From the NCBI GenBank assembly GCA_945879075.1, contig CAMCUY010000003.1:1259-65258 (forward strand): a DNA stretch of 64,000 bases. Reading direction: 5' to 3'. Below are positions 58,131-64,000 of the stretch, in pieces. The position numbers and the translations under genes are program-made. A model generated the notes under the pieces. That model worked only from the letters and a program-made list of their open reading frames with translations. It ran no database searches and had not been told where the DNA came from. Numbering within the stretch: position 1 is the stretch's first letter; every line of letters begins with the position of its first letter. Origin of the DNA: Akkermansia muciniphila (GTDB lineage Bacteria; Verrucomicrobiota; Verrucomicrobiia; Verrucomicrobiales; Akkermansiaceae).

Positions 58131-59153
58131 ATGGAATTCCCAAACGACTTGAGCACTCAACTTCCCCCCGACGACGTCGCCGCCATCGATGAACTCGGAA
58201 AAACCTTCCAAGCCTTCCGCGCCGAACTCAGCAAAGCCATCGTCGGCCAGGACCAAGTCATCGAGCAGCTCGCAATCTGCCTTTTCGCCCGCGGCCACGC
58301 GCTGCTGATGGGAGTTCCCGGCCTCGCCAAAACCCTGCTGGTTTCCTCCGTCGCCCAGACTTTCGACCTCTCCTTCAACCGGATCCAGTTCACGCCCGAC
58401 CTGATGCCCGCCGACATCACCGGCACCGACATCATCCAGGAATCCGGCGTCGGCGGACGGCGCGAGTTCCAATTCATCAAAGGGCCGGTCTTCGCCAACA
58501 TCGTGCTCGCCGATGAAATCAACCGCTCCCCTGCCAAAACCCAGTCCGCCATGCTCGAGGCGATGCAGGAAAACAAAGTCACCGTCCTCGGCAACACCTA
58601 CACCTTGCAACCTCCGTTTTTCGTCCTCGCCACCCAGAATCCGATCGAGCAGGAAGGCACCTACCCGCTGCCGGAAGCCCAGCTCGACCGATTCATGTTT
58701 CTCATCGAAGTCGGCTACCCCTCGTCCAGCGAGGAAAAGGAAATCGCCCGCGCCACCACCGGCACCGCCCGCCAAGTCCTCAATCACCTGCTCGACGGGG
58801 AAAAAGTCATCGCCTACCAGCAACTCGTCCGCCGCGTCCCGGTCCCAGAACATTTATATGACTACGCGGTGAAAATCGTCCGCAAAACCCGCCCCGGCGA
58901 ACCCGAGTCGCCGCAATGGATCAAGGACACCGTCGGCTGGGGCGCCGGCCCGCGCGCCGTGCAGTATCTCATCCTCGGCGCGAAATCCCGCGCCGCCCTC
59001 CGCGGGGCTTACATGGCGTCGCTCGAAGACCTCGAAGCCATCGCCTCGTCGGTCCTCACCCACCGCGTCATCACGAATTTCTCCGCAGAATCACAGGGCA
59101 TGACCTCCAAGAAAATCGTCGAGCGGCTGATCAAGGAAATGCGGGAGGAGTGA
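58131..59153 (+). CDS. moxR: MoxR family AAA+ ATPase
   Basis: GVPGLAKT, RIQFTPDLMPADITG, LADEINR, ATQNPIEQEGTYPLPEAQLDRF. Confidence 0.95.
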   Translation: MEFPNDLSTQLPPDDVAAIDELGKTFQAFRAELSKAIVGQDQVIEQLAICLFARGHALLMGVPGLAKTLLVSSVAQTFDLSFNRIQFTPDLMPADITGTDIIQESGVGGRREFQFIKGPVFANIVLADEINRSPAKTQSAMLEAMQENKVTVLGNTYTLQPPFFVLATQNPIEQEGTYPLPEAQLDRFMFLIEVGYPSSSEEKEIARATTGTARQVLNHLLDGEKVIAYQQLVRRVPVPEHLYDYAVKIVRKTRPGEPESPQWIKDTVGWGAGPRAVQYLILGAKSRAALRGAYMASLEDLEAIASSVLTHRVITNFSAESQGMTSKKIVERLIKEMREE

Positions 59154-59164
59154 TAGCCAATAAA

Positions 59165-59494
59165 ATGGAAATAAACAACCCTGTAGCAAGCTGGACATTG
59201 TGGTGTCGACGAGACGATTTGCTCATCGAATTCAAACTTGCGGTTGCCACACCTCATCAAGACGCAGATTCATGGATCTGCGAATGGTCCATGGGAAATT
59301 CGTTTCCTCATTCCCTTGCTCCTGCCATTGGCGTGAGTTCGATGCATTCCTTGGTTTGTGCCTTCATTGGATTGAGGACTTTTCTCAATGGCAGAGGAGA
59401 ACTTGGTGACAAATTCTACTGCGGGAGCAGCTCTGAGGAAAACTTAGTTGAGCGCATAGAAGACCTTTTCTGGTCGTCCAGTCCCGCCCTATGA
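59165..59494 (+). CDS. Small AT-rich hypothetical protein (109 aa)
   Basis: ATG at 59165; many A/T-ending codons; its TGA overlaps the KilA-N ATG. Confidence 0.55.
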   Translation: MEINNPVASWTLWCRRDDLLIEFKLAVATPHQDADSWICEWSMGNSFPHSLAPAIGVSSMHSLVCAFIGLRTFLNGRGELGDKFYCGSSSEENLVERIEDLFWSSSPAL

Positions 59495-60321
59495 AAAAGC
59501 CGGTCAAAGCCAGCATTGAGGTCCAAGGGACCGTCGTGAGCATCCTTGCGGAGAAGCACGAAGATTACATCTGCTTGACCGACATCGCCCGTCACCGAAA
59601 CCCGGAAGGAACAGACGACCTCATTCGGAACTGGCTCAGAAACCGCAATACGGTCGAATTCCTTGGAATCTGGGAGCAGCTCCACAACCCCGATTTTAAT
59701 CCCGTCGAATTCGACGGGATTAAAATGCAGGCTGGTCTGAATAGTTTCACCCTTACCCCGAAACAATGGCTCGAACGCACCCGGGCCATCGGTCTTGTTT
59801 CGAAAGCCGGACGCTACGGTGGGACCTATGCCCACAAGGACATCGCCTTTGAATTCGCCTCCTGGATTTCCGTCGAGTTCAAGCTCTACCTCATCAAGGA
59901 ATTCCAACGCCTCAAGGACGACGAAAACCTCCGCCTTTCCCTCGCTTGGAACCTCAACCGCACCCTTTCCAAACTCAACTACCGCATCCACACCGACGCG
60001 ATCAAATCCAACCTGATCCCGCCCGAAATCACGCCCGCCCAAGCCGCCATCACCTACGCCTCCGAAGCGGACCTCCTCAACGTCGCACTCTTCGGACACA
60101 CCGCCAAACAATGGCGCGACTCCAATCCCAAACTCGATGGCAACATGCGCGACCACGCCACCATCGAACAACTGCTCGTGCTCGCCAATCTGGAAAGCCT
60201 CAACGCCGAGTTCATCCACATGCATCTCGCCCCGGCTGAGCGCCTGATCAAACTCAACGCCATCGCCATCCGCCAGATGAACACACTCACGGCCAGCACT
60301 ACCCGACTTTTGGAGCCATGA
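59491..60321 (+). CDS. KilA-N domain DNA-binding protein
   Basis: DYICLTDIA, IRNWLRNRNTVEFLGIWE, GRYGGTYAHKDIAFEFASWIS. Confidence 0.92.
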   Translation: MKKPVKASIEVQGTVVSILAEKHEDYICLTDIARHRNPEGTDDLIRNWLRNRNTVEFLGIWEQLHNPDFNPVEFDGIKMQAGLNSFTLTPKQWLERTRAIGLVSKAGRYGGTYAHKDIAFEFASWISVEFKLYLIKEFQRLKDDENLRLSLAWNLNRTLSKLNYRIHTDAIKSNLIPPEITPAQAAITYASEADLLNVALFGHTAKQWRDSNPKLDGNMRDHATIEQLLVLANLESLNAEFIHMHLAPAERLIKLNAIAIRQMNTLTASTTRLLEP

Positions 60322-61211
60322 GCCACTCCTTCATCGACAACGTGCTGCTCTCCCGCCTCGGCTCGCTGCCCATCGAGTCGCACGCGCCGATGCTCGGAAA
60401 TGTCGCGGGCAAGCACCGTTCGCCCCACCGGGGATCATCCGTCGAATTCGCCGAATACCGGAAATACGTCGCCGGCGATGACACCCGCCGCCTCGATTGG
60501 AAGGCCTTCGCCCGCTCGGACCGATTCTACATCAAGGAGTTCGAAGCCGATACCAACCTCCGCGCCTACTTCGTCGTCGATGCCTCCGGCTCCATGAATT
60601 TCACCGGCGCCGGCGAGTCGAAAATCCAAGTCGCCCGCCGCATCGCCGCATCGCTCGCCTATCTGCTCGTCAACCAAGGCGACGCCGCCGGGCTCTCGAT
60701 CTGCACCGACAAGCTTCACCTCGAAGTCCCGCCCAGCCGCCGCGCCGCCCATCTCGAACGTTTTTTCTCCACCCTCAGCAAAGTCCAGCCATTCGGCGAA
60801 ACCGGCCTCATCCAGGCCCTCCACACCCTCGCCGAGAAAATCGGCCAGCGCGCTTTCGTCGTCATCCTATCCGACCTTTTCACCGACACCGCGGCCCTCG
60901 GCGACGCCCTCCAGCACCTTCGCTACCGCAAGCACGACATCTCCGTCTTCCACCTGATGGACCCGCTCGAACTCGGCTTCGAGTTCGACCGCCCGCACCG
61001 CTTTGTCGATCTTGAAGACGGCACCTCCATCGTCGCCGAGCCCAACCTCATCGCCGACGAATACAAGTCCGCACTCCGGGATTTCCTCACCGCCGTCCGC
61101 GCCAAGTGCCACGACGCCTCCGCCGACTATCAGCTCGTCACCACCGACACCCCGCTCGAACCGCTGCTTCGTGATTTCCTCACCGCACGCCTTCCTAAAT
61201 CAAAACACTAA
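60318..61211 (+). CDS. DUF58 protein (vWA-like MoxR partner)
   Basis: GKHRS..RGSSVEFAEYRKY..GDD.RRLDWK, VDASGSM, SDL. Confidence 0.92.
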   Translation: MSHSFIDNVLLSRLGSLPIESHAPMLGNVAGKHRSPHRGSSVEFAEYRKYVAGDDTRRLDWKAFARSDRFYIKEFEADTNLRAYFVVDASGSMNFTGAGESKIQVARRIAASLAYLLVNQGDAAGLSICTDKLHLEVPPSRRAAHLERFFSTLSKVQPFGETGLIQALHTLAEKIGQRAFVVILSDLFTDTAALGDALQHLRYRKHDISVFHLMDPLELGFEFDRPHRFVDLEDGTSIVAEPNLIADEYKSALRDFLTAVRAKCHDASADYQLVTTDTPLEPLLRDFLTARLPKSKH

Positions 61212-61257
61212 CCTTGCTATTTCATCCGTTTCGTCCATTTTAGATCAAATTGAAGTC

Positions 61258-61527
61258 ATGAAAACCGTCACCGCCAACACCGCGAAGCAACAGCTCGGCC
61301 AAGTCCTCGACAGCGCCCGCACCGGTCCCGTTTCCATCACTAAACACGGTCGCCCGGCCTTCGTCCTCACTTCCAAAGAGGACTATGATTCCTTGGTGGA
61401 GCTAAAATTCGAGCACTTGAAACGCGAAGTTCAGACAGGTTTTGATGCGTTGGACCGGGAAGAGTTTTCCGACAAAACCTTCGAGCAAATCGCCGCGGAA
61501 GTCATGTCGGAATTCAAACAAAGCTGA
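61258..61527 (+). CDS. Phd/YefM-type antitoxin
   Basis: VTANTAKQQLGQVLD..PVSITKHGRP; ATG at 61258. Confidence 0.88.
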   Translation: MKTVTANTAKQQLGQVLDSARTGPVSITKHGRPAFVLTSKEDYDSLVELKFEHLKREVQTGFDALDREEFSDKTFEQIAAEVMSEFKQS

Positions 61528-61531
61528 TTCC

Positions 61532-61846
61532 GTGGGCAGCTACCGGCTATCGAAATTCGCAGAGCGGGACCTTGCTGGAACCCTTCGCTACACCATCAAA
61601 ACTTGGGGAATGAAACAAGGAACCGCTTACTTTCAACTCCTTAGGGTCGCCAGAACCCGCATCGTGAACGACCCATTCCTCCCCGGCAGCAAAACCAGAG
61701 ACGATCTAGCCAATGGGTGCCGTGCCTTCCGGGTCGCCAAGCACTTGATCTTTTATCGAGTGAAGGGGGACAGCGTTGAAATCGCCCGCATCCTTCACGA
61801 GTGCATGGACTTTTCCCGACACGTCGGCGAGGAAACCTTCCCGTAA
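61532..61846 (+). CDS. parE: ParE/RelE family toxin
   Basis: YRLSKFAERDL, YTIKTWG, HLIFYRV, EIARILHECMD; GTG at 61532. Confidence 0.88.
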   Translation: MGSYRLSKFAERDLAGTLRYTIKTWGMKQGTAYFQLLRVARTRIVNDPFLPGSKTRDDLANGCRAFRVAKHLIFYRVKGDSVEIARILHECMDFSRHVGEETFP

Positions 61847-61929
61847 CCACCATTTCTATGCCAATCCACCTAGCATCCTCTTCGCGGCACTTTGCGACCT
61901 CAGCGTCTTTGCGGTAAATCCAATAACCC

Positions 61930-63909
61930 ATGCTTTTTCTCAATCCATTCCTGCTCTGGGGCCTGCTCGCCGCCGCCGTCCCCATCGCGATCCACCTTCT
62001 GAATCGTCGCCGCCACAAGACCATTCAGTGGGCCGCCATGCAGTTCCTGCTCAAGGCCACCCGCGAATCCCGCGGCAAGAAAAAACTCCGTCACATCCTC
62101 ATCCTCACCTGTCGCGCGCTTGCCATCGCCGCGCTCGCCTGCGCCGCCGCGCGCCCCGTCGTTTCCGGCCTCATCGGCTGGGGCGGCGGCTCCATCGACA
62201 CCGTCGTCCTCCTGCTAGACCGCTCGGCCTCCATGGAAACCAAGCCAGGCGACGGCTTGGCCCCGCGCCGCCAGATCATCATCGAAAAAGTCCGCGACAC
62301 CATGAAGACACTGGGTGCCACCCGCCTCGTCCTCATCGACAGCGCCAGCGGAAAGCCCCAGGAAATCCCATCGCCCGACGTCCTCTCGGAAATCGCCCCC
62401 ACCGCCCCCACCGACACCGCCGCCGACTTCCCCACCCTGCTCGCCCGCGCCGCCGAATTTCTGGCAGACACCACCGGCCGCTCGGAAGTCTGGCTCGCCT
62501 CCGACCTCCAAGCCTCCAACTGGCGCCCCGATGACGAACGCTGGGCCGCCGCCCGCACCAGCCTCGCCGCGCTGCCTCAAAAGCCCGCCGTCCGCGTCCT
62601 CTCCCTCACCGGGCCGTCCGCGCCTAACACCGCCATCCGCGGCCTCGGCTCCCACCGCTCCGGCGACGAGATGCTCTTCGATCTCGAAATCCTCCGCGCC
62701 GCGGACGCCCGCGGCAGCGCCCCCCTCCCGCTCACCACCCAGCTCAATGGCACCCGCACCACCGAGACGCTAACAATCGCCGGCCAGTCCCTGCGCTTTC
62801 AAAAACGCGTCACCCTCCCCAGCGCCACCGGCTCCGGCTCCGGCTGGCTCTCCATCCCCGCCGACGGAAACTCCCGCGACAACTCCACCTTCTTCGCCTA
62901 CGGCCCCGCCCGCCCGGTCAAATCCGTCATCGTCGCAGCCGCAGGCGAAGCCGCCGACTACCTCGCGCTCGCCGCCGCGCCTCCGGGCTTCGGAAATCAA
63001 GCCACCCAGCGCATCGATCCCGCCAGCGCCGCCACCCTCGCCACCGGAGACGTCGCCGCCATCCTCTGGGCAGCGCCCCTTCCCACCGGTTCGGCCCATG
63101 AAGCGGTCTCCCGCTTCCTAACTTCCGGCGGCCACGTCATCTTCTTCCCGCCCGCCACTTCCTCGGACAATGCGTTCCTCGAACTGAAATGGTCGAACCC
63201 CACCGAAGCCCCCGCCGGAAAATTTTTCATCCTCAAGGACTGGAATCGCAGCGACGGTCCGCTCCGTGACGGAATCGACGGCACCCCCATCCCCGCCGAG
63301 CGGCTCAAGGCCATCCGCCGCCAAGTCCCGTTAGGCGACGCCCCCGCCCTCGCCCGCTGGGAAGACGGCGAACCTCTCATCACCCGCCGCATCGTGGATC
63401 ACGGCACCGCTTGGTTCGTCGGCTCCCTGCCGGACTATACTTGGTCTAACTTGGGCGACGCCGACGTTCTGCTACCCACCGTCCAGCGCGTCATCGCCGC
63501 CGGAGCCGACCGCTTCGATGCCTCCTACCTCACCACCGTCGGCAGCGCCGCCGCCCAGCCACTTCCCGGTGAAACCCGCACCCGCCTCGACGACTACGGC
63601 ACTCAAGATCCCGCCAACGCGGCCCACGAATCCGGCATCTTCCTCCTCGGCGAGCGCCTCCTCGCCGTCAACCGCCCCGCCCAAGAAGACAACCCGGAAA
63701 TCCTCACCCGCGAGCAACTGGACCAAGCCCTCGAAGGCACCCGTTACACCCTCCTCGACCAGGCCGGCCAAGCCGACGACCCCTCGCTCTCCCGCGACGT
63801 CTGGCGCGCCTTTCTCATCGCCGTGCTTTTCTTCCTGATCTCCGAGGCCATCCTCTGCCTGCCGAAGAAAACGCATCCGCAGGTTCTTCCAACAAAAGCC
63901 GTCGCCTGA
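61930..63909 (+). CDS. BatA-domain / vWA membrane protein
   Basis: FLNP..LWGL....PIAIHLLNRRR...WAAMQFL (BatA N-terminus), LLLDRSASM, C-terminal TM helix. Confidence 0.9.
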   Translation: MLFLNPFLLWGLLAAAVPIAIHLLNRRRHKTIQWAAMQFLLKATRESRGKKKLRHILILTCRALAIAALACAAARPVVSGLIGWGGGSIDTVVLLLDRSASMETKPGDGLAPRRQIIIEKVRDTMKTLGATRLVLIDSASGKPQEIPSPDVLSEIAPTAPTDTAADFPTLLARAAEFLADTTGRSEVWLASDLQASNWRPDDERWAAARTSLAALPQKPAVRVLSLTGPSAPNTAIRGLGSHRSGDEMLFDLEILRAADARGSAPLPLTTQLNGTRTTETLTIAGQSLRFQKRVTLPSATGSGSGWLSIPADGNSRDNSTFFAYGPARPVKSVIVAAAGEAADYLALAAAPPGFGNQATQRIDPASAATLATGDVAAILWAAPLPTGSAHEAVSRFLTSGGHVIFFPPATSSDNAFLELKWSNPTEAPAGKFFILKDWNRSDGPLRDGIDGTPIPAERLKAIRRQVPLGDAPALARWEDGEPLITRRIVDHGTAWFVGSLPDYTWSNLGDADVLLPTVQRVIAAGADRFDASYLTTVGSAAAQPLPGETRTRLDDYGTQDPANAAHESGIFLLGERLLAVNRPAQEDNPEILTREQLDQALEGTRYTLLDQAGQADDPSLSRDVWRAFLIAVLFFLISEAILCLPKKTHPQVLPTKAVA

Positions 63910-64000
63910 CTCAAATACATAGGTCCTATAAAACCTATATGACCTATACTTTTCCATCCCCTTGCTCCACCTCTCCCCCACTCCCCTGACCCTCTGGATC

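Noticed and set aside
58916-59164. N-terminal part of the 192-aa ORF
   Set aside because: Out-of-frame overlap with moxR; only the part from ATG 59165 is plausible.
1-64000. rRNA, tRNA, tmRNA, CRISPR array, integrase or complete IS
   Set aside because: No cloverleaf or T-loop signature in intergenic gaps, no regularly spaced repeat-spacer array, and no recombinase or DDE motifs were seen by eye.

Overview
A GC-rich bacterial chromosomal segment, mostly housekeeping genes. The lineage is inferred as Verrucomicrobiota, probably Luteolibacter-like, from the PVC signature small basic protein, rnhC, an N-extended rpsK and an rpsM-rpsK-rpsD cluster without rpoA. Core genes include the mnmE 3' end, tyrA-aroA-cmk-plsC, upp, dapB, hisI, rplS, rnhC, HU, rlpA, thrB, lysS, hflX, topB, lpxK, acs, folC, fabF, rsmI, xth, queA, ybeY and a MoxR/DUF58/BatA operon. 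No rRNA, tRNA or CRISPR array was seen. Accessory signals: (1) a RAYT (REP-associated tyrosine transposase) bracketed by long GTAG-type REP hairpins, plus a distant half-copy; (2) a second short palindrome family, with one related copy apparently inserted in frame in topB; (3) a tandem pair of paralogous unknown multi-pass membrane proteins behind a tandem-SH3 gene; (4) Fic, KilA-N and Phd/ParE cassettes inserted between conserved operon genes; (5) many collapsed gene relics (ECF sigma/cytochrome c chimera, DUF1080 minigene, SNF2, mutM, Lgt-like, PilX-like); (6) two apparently non-catalytic or non-phosphorylatable proteins (a Deg pseudoprotease and a sigma54 activator without the receiver Asp). 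All family assignments come from recalled motifs; no database search was run.
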